A stretch of DNA of 64,000 nt from assembly GCA_963828335.1 (NCBI GenBank), contig CAWHEH010000007.1:156047-220046 (forward strand), given 5' to 3'. Below the pieces are notes generated by a model, which saw only the letters and a list, made by a program, of their open reading frames with translations, was not told the DNA's origin and searched no databases. Position numbers and translations under genes: made by a program. How positions within the stretch are numbered: position 1 is the first letter of the stretch; each line of letters opens with the position of its first letter. Below are positions 47,821-58,203 of the stretch, piece by piece. The stretch is from Blastocatellia bacterium (GTDB lineage Bacteria > Acidobacteriota > Blastocatellia > Pyrinomonadales > Pyrinomonadaceae).

Positions 47821-48843
47821 TCAACCGCCGAAACTAAGCACCACACGGAACCGGACTTTTCCACTGTGCATTCGTTCGTAAGCCTCGGCGACTTTGTCCA
47901 GCGGGTATTTCTCAATCATCGGATGGACGCCGCTCAAAGCACTGAACTCGAGCGTGTCCTGCGAATCTTTCGCGGTGCCAGAATACCAACCGGCAACGGA
48001 GCTGCGCTTCGTGATTAGCGAGAAGACGTTGATTGATAGGGGCTCCAGCGGTGCGGCGGGAACCAGCAGTTTCCCACTCGGGGCCAATCCGTCCACCAGT
48101 CCGGAGATGGCCTGGGCATTTGGCGCAGTTGCGAGGATCACACTCGCGCCTCCGAGTTTCTGTAACTCGGCCACGACGTCCTGCGCGGTCGCGTCGATGT
48201 AGTGGTGCGCACCGAGTTGTCGCGCTAGCTCTTCCTTGTCCTTGCCCCGGTTGATCGCCACGGTGTTGAATCCCATACGCCGCGCGTACTGCACTCCAAG
48301 ATGGCCCAGCCCGCCGATACCATGCACTGCGACTACTTCTCCGGCGCGCGCGCCCGAATTTCGCAAGGCGTTGAAGACGGTAACACCCGCGCACATGAAA
48401 GGACCCGCTTCCTCGGCAGGCAATTCATCTGGAATCGCGGCGAGTGCGCTTGCAGGGCCGATCATGTATTCGGCATACCCACCGTCAAAATCGATCCCGG
48501 TGACTTTGCGATTGACGCACATGGCGAAGTCACCTCGCCGGCATTGCTCGCACACGAAGCAATGGCCGCCATGCCAACCGACGCCGACTCGCTGACCAAT
48601 TGCCCATGAGGTGACGTTGGTGCCCACGGCATCTACCCGCCCGGCAATTTCGTGACCCGGCACGCGCGGATACTGGAGCCCAGGCCAGACGCCGTCTTTG
48701 ACCAGCGCGTCACTGTGGCAAATGCCGCATGCCTCGACCTTTATGCGCACCTGGGAGTGACCCGGTTCGGAAATGTCGCGTTCGACGAGTTCCCAATCGC
48801 CACCTGCTTTGCTTATCTGTGCTGCCTTCATTTTTGTATTCAT
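47821..48843 (-). CDS. Zinc-dependent alcohol dehydrogenase (MDR family)
   Basis: ORF 47821..48951. ATG at 48843 lies behind GGAG. Zinc ligands are in CGICHSD and PGHEIAGRV, with a structural-zinc Cys cluster CFVCEQCRRGDFAMC and NAD motif VHGIGGLGH. Confidence 0.85.
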   Translation of the reverse strand: MNTKMKAAQISKAGGDWELVERDISEPGHSQVRIKVEACGICHSDALVKDGVWPGLQYPRVPGHEIAGRVDAVGTNVTSWAIGQRVGVGWHGGHCFVCEQCRRGDFAMCVNRKVTGIDFDGGYAEYMIGPASALAAIPDELPAEEAGPFMCAGVTVFNALRNSGARAGEVVAVHGIGGLGHLGVQYARRMGFNTVAINRGKDKEELARQLGAHHYIDATAQDVVAELQKLGGASVILATAPNAQAISGLVDGLAPSGKLLVPAAPLEPLSINVFSLITKRSSVAGWYSGTAKDSQDTLEFSALSGVHPMIEKYPLDKVAEAYERMHSGKVRFRVVLSFGG

Positions 48844-48947
48844 AATTACTCCTGGTTCACTGTGAAATATTGCGCGGCTACGGAACCCGGGGATTACGCT
48901 GATTGCGTTGATTAGAATCCGTGCAATCGGTGTAATCTGCCGATGCT

Positions 48948-49979
48948 TCAATAACCGTCAACTTCGATGATCGCCTCAGCAAACGCCTGCGGTGCCTCCT
49001 GAGGCAAGTTATGTCCGATGCCGCCCTTGATGACCCGGTGCGAATACTTGCCCGAGAATTTCTTCGCGTAGGCACTTGGCTCCGGGTGCGGCGCGCCGTT
49101 GGCATCGCCTTCAAGAGTAATCGTGGGTACAGTGATCACTGGGCCCGCGGCGAGACGCTTTTCGAAATCATCATATTTCGCCTCACCTTCAGCCAAGCCA
49201 AGACGCCAACGGTAATTGTGAATCACGATTTGAACATGATCCGGGTTGTCTAGCGCCGCGGCGCTGCGTTCGAACGTGGCATCATCGAAGCTCCATTTCG
49301 GAGAAGCGAGTTGCCAAATGAGCTTCGCAAAATCGTGTCGATATTTTTCGTAGCCAGCGCTGCCGCGTTCGGTCGCAAAATAGAATTGGTACCACCATTG
49401 GAGTTCAGCCGCTGGCGGCAATGGCATGCGTCCGGCTTCCTGGCTCCCGATCAAGTAACCGCTTACAGACACCATTGCCTTAACACGTTCACGCCAGAGC
49501 GCTGCTACGATGTTCGCGGTGCGCGCGCCCCAATCAAACCCAGCCAGAATTGCTTTCTCGATCTTGAGAGCATCCAGCAACGCGGTCGTGTCGAGAGCCA
49601 GTGCCGAAGGTTGGCCATTTCGCAACGCATCGTTTGAAAGAAAGCGTGTCGACCCGTAGCCACGCAGATAGGGAACGATGACCCGGTAACGTTTAGCCGC
49701 GAGCAAAGGCGCGACGTCAACGAAAGCCTGAATGTCATAAGGCCAGCCGTGCAGGAGAACTACTGGAGTGCCGTTTGCCGGACCGGCTTCGACGTACCCG
49801 ACATTCAAGAGTCCAGCCTGGATCTGTTTCACCGGACCAAGTGAAGTAACCGACAGCGGGCTTTTGATTCTTACTGATGTGGCGCCCGAATTGCGGCTTA
49901 CTCTGAGTTGCGTGGCAGCAACAGTCATTGCTGCGGCGCCCATAAACTTTCGGCGATCGTATTTACTTTTTTCAGACAT
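48948..49979 (-). CDS. Tat-exported alpha/beta hydrolase of the epoxide-hydrolase/dehalogenase (HGWP) type
   Basis: ORF 48948..50012. ATG at 49979 gives MSEKSKYDRRKFMGAAAMTVAATQL. HGWPYD oxyanion motif and nucleophile elbow AGFDWGA. Confidence 0.8.
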   Translation of the reverse strand: MSEKSKYDRRKFMGAAAMTVAATQLRVSRNSGATSVRIKSPLSVTSLGPVKQIQAGLLNVGYVEAGPANGTPVVLLHGWPYDIQAFVDVAPLLAAKRYRVIVPYLRGYGSTRFLSNDALRNGQPSALALDTTALLDALKIEKAILAGFDWGARTANIVAALWRERVKAMVSVSGYLIGSQEAGRMPLPPAAELQWWYQFYFATERGSAGYEKYRHDFAKLIWQLASPKWSFDDATFERSAAALDNPDHVQIVIHNYRWRLGLAEGEAKYDDFEKRLAAGPVITVPTITLEGDANGAPHPEPSAYAKKFSGKYSHRVIKGGIGHNLPQEAPQAFAEAIIEVDGY

Positions 49980-50072
49980 CTTTTTACCTAAGGCCTCGCC
50001 GCAAGATGTCATTTGCGCCGACGGGCCGATTTCTCGTTCAATGCCTTATTGATTTGTTAGTGCTTCGACTTT

Positions 50073-50546
50073 CTACTTGAGCGCTGAAAAACTCGTCGGC
50101 TCCATGAAGTAGCTGTCGATATGGTTTGCCAGCGCACCATTGGTCTCAGAGTCTGCCTTCACTTTTTTCCATTCCGGATCGGCCTGGAAGGCGGCCCAAT
50201 TCTTCCGGGCCTCCTCGCGGCTTGGATGCTCCAGGATGTACACAAAGAGGTTCTGCGAATACGGCTCGTCTTCCGGACGCCAAAAACCAATGCTCTTCAT
50301 GTTGTGTCGCCTGAAAATAGCATCGGTGTGATCGCCAAACCGAGTGATTAGAGCATCCATTTTGCCCTCGTTAACGTGATACATGCGCAGCTCGTAGACA
50401 TGCTGTGAGTCATTCGATCCGCCGATATGGCTGAGACCTAGAGTCATCGCGGCGCCACCAATGAACCATAGAAGAGACGACGGGTTGATACCGATGAGTT
50501 TGGTTGCAACTTTCATTGTTGCAGTTGCGATGCTTGCAGGTTCCAT
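50073..50546 (-). CDS. NIPSNAP-domain protein with N-terminal hydrophobic segment
   Basis: YELRMYHVNEGKMDALITRFGDHTDAIFRRHNMKSIGFWRP matches the NIPSNAP dimeric alpha-beta barrel pattern. Confidence 0.7.
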   Translation of the reverse strand: MEPASIATATMKVATKLIGINPSSLLWFIGGAAMTLGLSHIGGSNDSQHVYELRMYHVNEGKMDALITRFGDHTDAIFRRHNMKSIGFWRPEDEPYSQNLFVYILEHPSREEARKNWAAFQADPEWKKVKADSETNGALANHIDSYFMEPTSFSALK

Positions 50547-50618
50547 AATGGGCTCCCATACACTCTCGTTCTAACCAAAAAAAGCAAAAGACACGTTAAG
50601 CGTAGAGCTTGTTCACCA

Positions 50619-51701
50619 TCACCCTCGCTTAATGATGAAGACTGTCTTGTCGTCAATCCGGTCCTCATCTCCAATCTGCCGCAGATGGTCGTCGTCTTTT
50701 GTGGCGTGTTCCAGCAGCGCATTGCAGATGTCTCTCGCTGACTTCCAATAGTGCTCCTGCATCACAGCTTCGAGGTGGTGGCGTTCTTCGTCATCACTCC
50801 CGTCGTAGACGCCGTCGGTATAAAGAAACAGAATGTCGCCTGGGGTCATTAGCGTAATTTCGGCAACATCGGACGAGTTAGCCGGCCGGGGCCGAAATTG
50901 CATTGAGAAATACCGCTTACGATCCGGATGATCAGCCGGGATCTGTAAGCCCAATGGCAGGAATTGCACCATTCGATCTTTATCCAGCACCACAAATTTG
51001 CGATATTCAGCAGAGAACACGAGCGGCGGCGGGTGTCCAAAGTTTACAAATCGGAAGTAGCCGTAGGGATGCACTTCACCATAAAGCATAGTCGCAAGCT
51101 CGCGCGCATTTTCTTTCTCACTTATACCCAGTGCGTTACGAGCCGTGACCGATTGCGCCAAACGCAAGTTGATGTTTTCAAACAGCTCCGGCGTCGTCCT
51201 GCCGTGATGATCAAGCTCGGAGAGCATGAAAGCATGAAAGGTATCGTGTACAGTCGAGGCGATTTTCGCCGCAATAAGTCCGTGTCCCTGTGCGTCCACC
51301 AGCAGGACTCCTCCAATACCATGGAGCTCGTGGAGACCTTCGGCGACCCGCACCTGCTCCGAGCTTCGTGCGTCTCTGTATTGGGCTTCCATTTCGGACC
51401 TATAATCCGGCCTGGACCTCAGCCACTCCACATGATCGTCAACTGAATTACGCGGCGGTGCGCCTGGCGGGAGCGGATCGAGATATTCCTTCGATAACTT
51501 CAGGGCCTGTTGAATGCGGGCATCGACGTCATAACGCTGGTGGAAGTTTATATATTCAAATAGGTCACCCCCCACCTTCCCGACAGGAACGGAATTCCCG
51601 TACATCTCGATGCCCGATATATGCGGAATCGACCCTTCCACCGGCATGAGCCGTTCACGCAAATATTCATCGATAGTCAGATCCGTGTGCTCTGTGGTCA
51701 T
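50619..51701 (-). CDS. PP2C-family (SpoIIE-like) serine/threonine phosphatase
   Basis: GGDLFEY, VLLVDAQGHG and ILFLYTDGVYDGSDD metal-binding motifs. The N-terminal region of about 120 aa is uncharacterised. Confidence 0.75.
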   Translation of the reverse strand: MTTEHTDLTIDEYLRERLMPVEGSIPHISGIEMYGNSVPVGKVGGDLFEYINFHQRYDVDARIQQALKLSKEYLDPLPPGAPPRNSVDDHVEWLRSRPDYRSEMEAQYRDARSSEQVRVAEGLHELHGIGGVLLVDAQGHGLIAAKIASTVHDTFHAFMLSELDHHGRTTPELFENINLRLAQSVTARNALGISEKENARELATMLYGEVHPYGYFRFVNFGHPPPLVFSAEYRKFVVLDKDRMVQFLPLGLQIPADHPDRKRYFSMQFRPRPANSSDVAEITLMTPGDILFLYTDGVYDGSDDEERHHLEAVMQEHYWKSARDICNALLEHATKDDDHLRQIGDEDRIDDKTVFIIKRG

Positions 51702-51802
51702 CGCTTTTTATGATACTTGAAACCGACAATTCTTTGCAGGGAACGATGCGATAGTAGTGGTTCAGTTTGGTTATGAGTTAAGGGTTACCACTCCCCGAGC
51801 GC

Positions 51803-51923
51803 CACACAAAACGGAACCCTGACTCGCCGTGGTAGCGACCAGGCGATCATAAGGCGTAGTTGTAACTCGATTCGTAATTCAAAGTATCACCCCGTCGCTA
51901 CCGCTCCCGGTTCCGTATTTGTG
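51803..51923. repeat. Degenerate REPIN-like element of the GGTAGCGAC family
   Basis: The right arm CCCCGTCGCTACCGCTCCCGGTTCCGTATTTGTG (51890-51923) matches the arm of the 37640 element. The left arm (51803-51840) keeps ACGGAACC...GGTAGCGACC but has the GGGAGC core replaced. Confidence 0.7.
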
Positions 51924-52051
51924 AATTTTGGATTGAGGAATTCTGCCGTGTGTGCGATGAGTCCTGTAACGATGAGCTGATGGACGCCATGCGAGTTCAG
52001 TTGCAAATCTAAATCCGTGTTCGCGAACCACTCGAACCCCAATGCTGTCTC

Positions 52052-52591
52052 CTAATCGCGCATGTAGTGGCAGCTGTACCCTCCAGGATGTTTGCGCAAG
52101 TAATCCTGGTGATAGTCCTCCGCGCTGTACCAGGTGGAGGCGGGCTCAATGGTTGTCGTGATCGGGCGCTGCCACTTCCCTGATGCGTCTACACGCGCCC
52201 TCACTCGTTCCGCCGTTACTTTCTGCTCAGGCGTCTGCGGAAAAATCGCCGATCGATATTGCGTGCCAGTGTCGTAACCTTGACGGTTGAGCGTGGTTGG
52301 GTCGTGCAGCTTGAAGAACCACTTCTCCAGTAAGTCTTCGTAGCTGAGCACGGCCGGATCGAAAGTTATACGGATTGCTTCAGCGTGCCCCGATTTGCTG
52401 TGGTGTGTATCGGCGTACGTAGGATTCTCGAGCCAGCCGCCTGTGTAGCCGACTTCGGTGTCGATCACGCCAGGCACGTCACGGAGAATTTCCTCGACAC
52501 CCCAGAAACAGCCGCCGGCGAGCACGGCCACCTCGGTCTGTTTCTGACTAGCAACTCCGGAGCGGCTCATTACGTCCTGATGATTATTCAT
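52052..52591 (-). CDS. msrA: Peptide-methionine (S)-S-oxide reductase
   Basis: ORF 52052..52702. ATG at 52591 lies behind GGAGAA. Catalytic GGCFWGVE motif, then GYTGG...NPTY and a HDPTTLNRQG segment. Confidence 0.9.
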   Translation of the reverse strand: MNNHQDVMSRSGVASQKQTEVAVLAGGCFWGVEEILRDVPGVIDTEVGYTGGWLENPTYADTHHSKSGHAEAIRITFDPAVLSYEDLLEKWFFKLHDPTTLNRQGYDTGTQYRSAIFPQTPEQKVTAERVRARVDASGKWQRPITTTIEPASTWYSAEDYHQDYLRKHPGGYSCHYMRD

Positions 52592-52719
52592 TTTGGTTCT
52601 CCAGACAAGTCGCTCACTTGACCAGCGTGATGAGCTTGCCCCATGTTTCTTTATTCCTCGCCCCTGCTGCTCTTTGACTATCAATACAGACTTTTGTGGC
52701 AAGGCCAGGCCGCAAGCGC

Positions 52720-53637
52720 TCAGGCCCCTTTTGCCGACGCGGTGAAACTCGCCGCATTATTCCTGACGAATTCCAGCACACTCAGCGGCTTTTGCCCCGT
52801 TAGTGTGAGCACGTCGTCGGACATTCGATCGTAGCGACCCGCGCGGTGCAGATCAGCCATCGTCGCCAGGTGGTTCACCAGGTGAGCCGGCAAGCCGCGG
52901 GTGAGCAGCCCGTCCCGCCATGGCTCGACCGGGATGTCCTGAAAGGTAATCGTGCGGCCAAGCGCCTTCGAATACTCCTGTGCATAGAAATCCATGTTCT
53001 CAGACTGCGGACCGGTCAGGTGGTAGACCTTGCCGATGTGCGGCTGCGGCTTGGCGAGCAGCGCGGCGATCACACGTGCAACGTCCTCCACTGCGACTGG
53101 CGAAGTTTTCCCGTCACCGAACGGCAGTCTGATCTGATTTGATTGCCTGACCAAATCCGGAGTGAAAATCAGGAAGAAGCCTTCGAGAAGCACAGTGGGC
53201 CGCACGTGTACGACCGGCAGACCGGACCAGTTCAGCGCCTGCTCGGCGAGCCAGTGTAGCTTCTGCTGCTGGCTGGTGGTGGTTTCGGTAATGCTCATCT
53301 GTGCGACCGTCATCTGCGACATATTGATGAAGGCCTTCACGCCGTGATACTTCGCCACCGCCGCCGTATTGACCGTCGCGGCCAGATGGGCATCCGAAAC
53401 CGACATGCCAAAGTACATCGTCTCGCAGCCGGCAATTGCCCTATGCATCGAATCAAGATCGAGCAGATCGCCGGCGACGACCTCTGCACCCATGTCGCGC
53501 AACGTTTTCGCGCGTTCGTCTTCACTTCGCACCATCGCGCGCACAGCTTTGCCTTGCTTCAACAGTAGTTCGGTAACTGTCCGGCCTACCGCGCCGACAC
53601 GGCCCGCCGCGCCGGTGACCAGAATGGGGTTTGCCAT
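52720..53637 (-). CDS. NmrA-like / atypical SDR NAD(P)-binding protein
   Basis: ILVTGAAGRVGAVG Rossmann motif. 305 aa with NmrA-type layout. Confidence 0.8.
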   Translation of the reverse strand: MANPILVTGAAGRVGAVGRTVTELLLKQGKAVRAMVRSEDERAKTLRDMGAEVVAGDLLDLDSMHRAIAGCETMYFGMSVSDAHLAATVNTAAVAKYHGVKAFINMSQMTVAQMSITETTTSQQQKLHWLAEQALNWSGLPVVHVRPTVLLEGFFLIFTPDLVRQSNQIRLPFGDGKTSPVAVEDVARVIAALLAKPQPHIGKVYHLTGPQSENMDFYAQEYSKALGRTITFQDIPVEPWRDGLLTRGLPAHLVNHLATMADLHRAGRYDRMSDDVLTLTGQKPLSVLEFVRNNAASFTASAKGA

Positions 53638-53877
53638 GTTCCTTCCTCTTATTCCTTCATCATATGGAGACTTTGCTCAATTGGATCCCAGACATACGGC
53701 TCAGCCCGCTTCTTTCGCGCGTCGGTCGTCGGTCCTATCGGGGGAACGTCTTGATGGTCGCCTCGGCGATCGCGTCGGCGTACTCGTCAGGCCGAATGAG
53801 TCCCCGTCGAGATAGAGCACTCGACCGTCGGCACAACACGCTTTACGGATTCCGCACCTGCCTCCATCAGGATCGGA

Positions 53878-54306
53878 TCATTTCGTCGAGTTTCCGGCCT
53901 CCCTGGCTGCGAAGTGCTCGGCAATAGGGGTGCCCGCGAACTTCTCACCCAGCAGACGGGAAAAGAGCAGCAGCGAGCTGCGTGGCCGGTAACTCGCCAC
54001 GACGTGCTGGGTCTGCCCGGCGGCGTTATAGGTGACGAGCACGACACAGCCAATAGGCTCGCCGTGGACCTCAGCGACGTAGTCCTCGAGGAAGCCGTTT
54101 TTGCCGTAAGGGCCAGCGAACTTGTGCTCCTGGCGATCGTACAGCGAGCGGATAGTGAGGACGACCGATCGGACGGCCTCCGCACCCTGCACCGCGCCGT
54201 CCAACATCGAGCCCTCCACGGTTGCGTCGTCGGCCATGTTGTCGAGCCACGCCGGGTAGTAGTCTTTGAGAGCGGGATCGCCGCTACCGAGATATTCGGC
54301 GAGCAC
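53878..54306 (-). CDS. Small NTF2-like/unknown protein
   Basis: 142-aa ORF, tightly packed 38 nt downstream of the VOC gene. The start is uncertain: GTG at 54306, or an upstream non-canonical ATT 5 nt after AAGGGAGG. Function unknown. Confidence 0.4.
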   Translation of the reverse strand: MLAEYLGSGDPALKDYYPAWLDNMADDATVEGSMLDGAVQGAEAVRSVVLTIRSLYDRQEHKFAGPYGKNGFLEDYVAEVHGEPIGCVVLVTYNAAGQTQHVVASYRPRSSLLLFSRLLGEKFAGTPIAEHFAAREAGNSTK

Positions 54307-54344
54307 GTTGCCTTTGATGGAAAAAATTAATTCCTCCCTTGTGG

Positions 54345-55028
54345 CTAAGTCGGCAACTCTGCGCCCGCCTGCTCCGCCACCATGTACGCGGCGTACCAGT
54401 CGGGCCAGTTCTCGTCGCGCTGTCCTCCGGTGCGCTTCTCGTGCTCGCCATGCGCGGCCTCGGCGCGACGAAACGCGCTCGCCAGATCGTTCGCGGATGC
54501 AAAGGTCGTCGTTGCGGAGTCGATGCGACCCGCGAGCCGCGTCGTCACCTCCTGCAACAGCCAGCCGTTTCCATCCGGATCAGTAAACGAAGCGAACGAG
54601 CGGTAGCTGCCGCGATTGGAATCCGGACCGCTGACCCGAACCCGACCAAACATGTAAGGCTCGTCTGGACCAACGTGGACCCCGCCATTGTGGAACACCT
54701 CGCTGACCTCAACGCCACGACGAAGCAGCTCCTTGCGGGCGGCCTCGATGTCGGAGACGATCAGATACAGACCCTGTGCAGAGCCCGGAGCCGCTACGGT
54801 GACGTTCTTGCCGAGGATGATCGAGCACCCTGAGCCGGGCGGCGTGAACTGCATAGCTCGAAAGTAATCACCTGCGGCAACGTCGATGTCGAGCCGCCAA
54901 CCGAGCTTCAAATAAAACGCCTTCGCGCGGTCCAAATCCGAGACAGGGATGACGACGACCTCAAGCTTCATGTCAACTTTCGCAACGCTCGCGGTGTTAC
55001 CAGGTATTTCATCTTTCAGATTTTCCAT
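54345..55028 (-). CDS. VOC (glyoxalase/bleomycin-resistance/dioxygenase) family protein
   Basis: ORF 54345..55181. ATG at 55028 lies behind GGAGAA. Paired beta-alpha-beta-beta-beta modules (LEVVVIPVSDLDRAKAFY..., LYLIVSDIEAARKEL...) and a C-terminal helical tail. Confidence 0.75.
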   Translation of the reverse strand: MENLKDEIPGNTASVAKVDMKLEVVVIPVSDLDRAKAFYLKLGWRLDIDVAAGDYFRAMQFTPPGSGCSIILGKNVTVAAPGSAQGLYLIVSDIEAARKELLRRGVEVSEVFHNGGVHVGPDEPYMFGRVRVSGPDSNRGSYRSFASFTDPDGNGWLLQEVTTRLAGRIDSATTTFASANDLASAFRRAEAAHGEHEKRTGGQRDENWPDWYAAYMVAEQAGAELPT

Positions 55029-55143
55029 CTTCTTTTTCTCCTGTGCTCCGAACTGAGTCTGGGAAGCGGACTGAAACCGATATGGTCTCAAAAACAACGG
55101 CAGGGAAGAGGCGGTACCCGTCGGCAACGCCTCTTCTTTCCGT

Positions 55144-56355
55144 CTAGCGCATCGGGCGGAAGCCGGAACGAACTTCTTCAATAATGAGCTTTGGCTGCTC
55201 CCACGCCGCGAAGTGCCCGCCCTTGTCGAGCTTGTTGTATTGAATGAGCTTGGGATACGCCCGTTCTGCCCAACTCCGGGGAACCTGGTAAATCTCGTCA
55301 GGAAAGGCGCTCACGGCAACGGGAATCTTGACGCCCGCCGGGACGAAAAACGGAAGCTTGTTCTCCCGATAGAGACGAGCCGACGAAATCGCCGTGTTGG
55401 TCAGCCAGGTGAGCGTAAGGTTGTCGAGAACGTCGTCGCGCGTCAGACCTTCGCTTTGCCCGTCGAAGGCGCGCGCGATCATCTGATAACTCCGCAGGTC
55501 GTGTTCGAGAAACCAGGCAGCGAGGCCGACTGGCGAATCCGCAATCGCGTACAGCGCCTGCGGGTGGTTCCCCATCATGCTGAAGATGGACAGGCCGTGG
55601 GCAAAAAAGAAGGCGAGCCGTTCGAACGCAGACTGTTCGTCTGCCGAAAGTCCCGGCGGCGGGCCGTCGCCAGACCCGAGTGCTTTCAGAATTTCGGCCG
55701 GTACGGCGGAAGCCAGGTTGATATGGATGCCGAGCAATTCCGGGGGCGCCAACACGCCCATCTGCTCCGTGATGAACGCACCCCAATCACCACCTTGCGC
55801 CACGTATCGCGTGTAGCCAAGACGATTCATTAGTACGATCCAGGCGCGGGCCATGCGAGTGGTGTCCCAACCGGTCTCGGTCGGCTTGCCTGAAAACCCG
55901 TAGCCCGCCATCGACGGGATCACTACGTCGAAAGCGTCCGACGCGCTTCCGCCATACGCCGTGGGATCGGTGAGCGGGCCGATGAGCTTCAGCTGCTCGA
56001 CGACCGAGCCAGGCCATCCGTGCGTGATGATGACAGGCAGCGCATTTTCATGTTTCGAACGGACGTGGATGAAGTGAATGTCGAGTCCATCGATCTCAGT
56101 GATGAAATTCGGCAGGGCTTTCAGCCTTTCCTCGCACGGGCGCCAGTCATATTCCGTTCCCCAATAGCTCGCGAGCTTCTGAATCGTCGCGAGCTGCACC
56201 CCTTGCGATGCGTCGGTAACCGGTTCCTTCTCAGGCCACTTTGTGGCGTTGATGCGTCTGCGCAATTCGGTAAGCTCCGCTTCCGGAAAACTCACCTGAA
56301 ACGGACGAATCGCATTCTTGTCAATGGGTTGTTGTGTAGCACTGGTTTGCGTCAT
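55144..56355 (-). CDS. Microsomal-type epoxide hydrolase (EHN N-terminal domain plus alpha/beta hydrolase), paralog 1
   Basis: IRPFQVSFPEAELTELRRRINATKWPEKE (EHN domain). HGWPGS oxyanion motif and nucleophile GGDWGA. Cytoplasmic (no signal peptide). Confidence 0.85.
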   Translation of the reverse strand: MTQTSATQQPIDKNAIRPFQVSFPEAELTELRRRINATKWPEKEPVTDASQGVQLATIQKLASYWGTEYDWRPCEERLKALPNFITEIDGLDIHFIHVRSKHENALPVIITHGWPGSVVEQLKLIGPLTDPTAYGGSASDAFDVVIPSMAGYGFSGKPTETGWDTTRMARAWIVLMNRLGYTRYVAQGGDWGAFITEQMGVLAPPELLGIHINLASAVPAEILKALGSGDGPPPGLSADEQSAFERLAFFFAHGLSIFSMMGNHPQALYAIADSPVGLAAWFLEHDLRSYQMIARAFDGQSEGLTRDDVLDNLTLTWLTNTAISSARLYRENKLPFFVPAGVKIPVAVSAFPDEIYQVPRSWAERAYPKLIQYNKLDKGGHFAAWEQPKLIIEEVRSGFRPMR

Positions 56356-56458
56356 GGTATCTCCTTAAATACTCCACCCCTTTTTTGAAGGTGAGCGTTT
56401 CGCCTTGGCGAAGCATTTGGCAGCGCCGCGGCAACCGTTGCGGTCACTTCGCTGGCGC

Positions 56459-57007
56459 TCACTTCACCAGTGTGATCAGGGGCTTCCCTTTTTCGACAAT
56501 AGAGGTGCGGGCCAGCACCGCCCCGCGTCGGTGATGCTTTTTGGCTGCGGCCTTTTCGGGAACCACAAATTTGACCGTACCCTGGTCGAGGGTGTGGTGG
56601 TTCGCGTCCTCCAATTGAATCAGCACTTTGTGTGGACCGGGGGAAAGACCCATCAGGATGATTGGGTTACCACTTGCGTCTGCCCACACCCAGGAAGCAT
56701 CGTCGACTCTCACATGAAGGTGTCCGACGCGGGGTGAGACCTCCAAAGCTTTTGGTCCGAACACGGGCACGAAGCGCAGGTTCTCAGCACAGTAGTGAAT
56801 AATCGCAACTCCCCGGGATGCGAGCGGTCCAGCCAGCGGAGGATCGATCACGACTTTCGCGGGAGGCTCACTGGCAAGCGGAATCACCGTCGCCGGGCGA
56901 CATTTGTCTGTTGGGCTTTGCGCAGCAGCAGTCATTGCGCACAACAACATAACTGCAAACCCTGGCAGAAGCCGGCCTGTCGACCTTACATGCTTCAGAA
57001 CTTTCAT
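56459..57007 (-). CDS. Secreted protein of unknown function (possibly DUF6130-like)
   Basis: Strong AGGAGGAGGAGG SD and signal peptide ...FAVMLLCAMTAAAQS. GHLHVRVDD...GPHKVLIQLEDANHH is a His-rich beta-sandwich-like sequence. The family name is from memory only. Confidence 0.5.
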   Translation of the reverse strand: MKVLKHVRSTGRLLPGFAVMLLCAMTAAAQSPTDKCRPATVIPLASEPPAKVVIDPPLAGPLASRGVAIIHYCAENLRFVPVFGPKALEVSPRVGHLHVRVDDASWVWADASGNPIILMGLSPGPHKVLIQLEDANHHTLDQGTVKFVVPEKAAAKKHHRRGAVLARTSIVEKGKPLITLVK

Positions 57008-57056
57008 CCTCCTCCTCCTATGCGTTCACATGATCATTTAGCTTGCACTACTCGCA

Positions 57057-58118
57057 CTACTCGATTCGCAGACTTTGCTCCATTGAGTAGCATTGATCCC
57101 AAATGTAGACATCAAAGCCGGCGAGTTTGGTCGACCACTTCGGCGTAAGCGTGTTGACACATTGAGCTGCAACTCGATCAATGTATTGATCGAAGAACGC
57201 CCATGGGTTGTTTTTGTCCAGCGGGTTCAACCCCTCGCCGGGTTTGGTCGTGGCCAACGCCGTTGCCGCCGCCTGCTTCACGTCATTATTGAACTCGGCT
57301 TGAAGGTCAACGTCCGCATGTGTGCCAGCGCGCGCAACGTGACCGCCAACGTACGTATCCCAATCCATCTTTCGGATCTCTTCGACCTGCGCGAAATAAC
57401 CGTTGATGTCCTGGGCCACGGCGAATCGTCGCCAGGGGATCCAGCCTGGAAACACGATATCGACGACCATCAACACGCGCTGCTTCGGCGCGTAGATAAA
57501 AATGTTGCCCGGTTCGTGCCCGTTGCCGTGGTAAGAAAGCTCGAGCATCTGATTTCCAACGCGCAACGTGTACTTGTCTGCGAAGGTAACGGTGGGCAGC
57601 GGCCGGTTCGGGTCGGCATCCCGCTTCAATAGTCGAAGCGTCTCGTCCTGCGCGATGATGATCGGATGACCGCCCAGCGCCTTAGCGCCGCCGATATGAT
57701 CAGCATGCGAGTGGCTGTAGATAAGATGTGTGATCGGTTTGTCGCTAACTTCAGCGATCGCCTTTGGTATAAACGCCGCCAGGTTTTGCGGCGCATCGAT
57801 CAATACCACGCCATGATCGTAAACAAGAAACATCGATTGGATTGCGTTGTCGGTGATCATGTAAAGGCCGCTTCCCATATCCTGCAAACGATATCCCTTG
57901 GCTGGATCAATGGCCGGTCCCTGCGATGAAGGCGGAACGTCAAAGTATTTCGCGATCCTTACTCCAATTGGCGCGATCGACGGCATGTTTGGATATGGTT
58001 CTCCCGCTTGTGGCCCCGTACTCGAATCACCGGATTGACCATGAACGCCAGCAGCTACTGAACAAATGATGACAATGACTCCGAGCAAGAATTTTGCCCG
58101 GCTGATTTTTCCGCACAT
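57057..58118 (-). CDS. Secreted MBL-fold metallo-hydrolase
   Basis: Signal peptide MCGKISRAKFLLGVIVIICSVAAGVHG. HSHADHIGG (HxHxDH) motif. Confidence 0.85.
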   Translation of the reverse strand: MCGKISRAKFLLGVIVIICSVAAGVHGQSGDSSTGPQAGEPYPNMPSIAPIGVRIAKYFDVPPSSQGPAIDPAKGYRLQDMGSGLYMITDNAIQSMFLVYDHGVVLIDAPQNLAAFIPKAIAEVSDKPITHLIYSHSHADHIGGAKALGGHPIIIAQDETLRLLKRDADPNRPLPTVTFADKYTLRVGNQMLELSYHGNGHEPGNIFIYAPKQRVLMVVDIVFPGWIPWRRFAVAQDINGYFAQVEEIRKMDWDTYVGGHVARAGTHADVDLQAEFNNDVKQAAATALATTKPGEGLNPLDKNNPWAFFDQYIDRVAAQCVNTLTPKWSTKLAGFDVYIWDQCYSMEQSLRIE

Positions 58119-58203
58119 TCTCTCAAACTCCTTTCTGCTCGTTGACTCGAGGAAACCGCCGGACCGACAAAAAATCCATCGGTCCGTACAATCAATCGGT
58201 TTT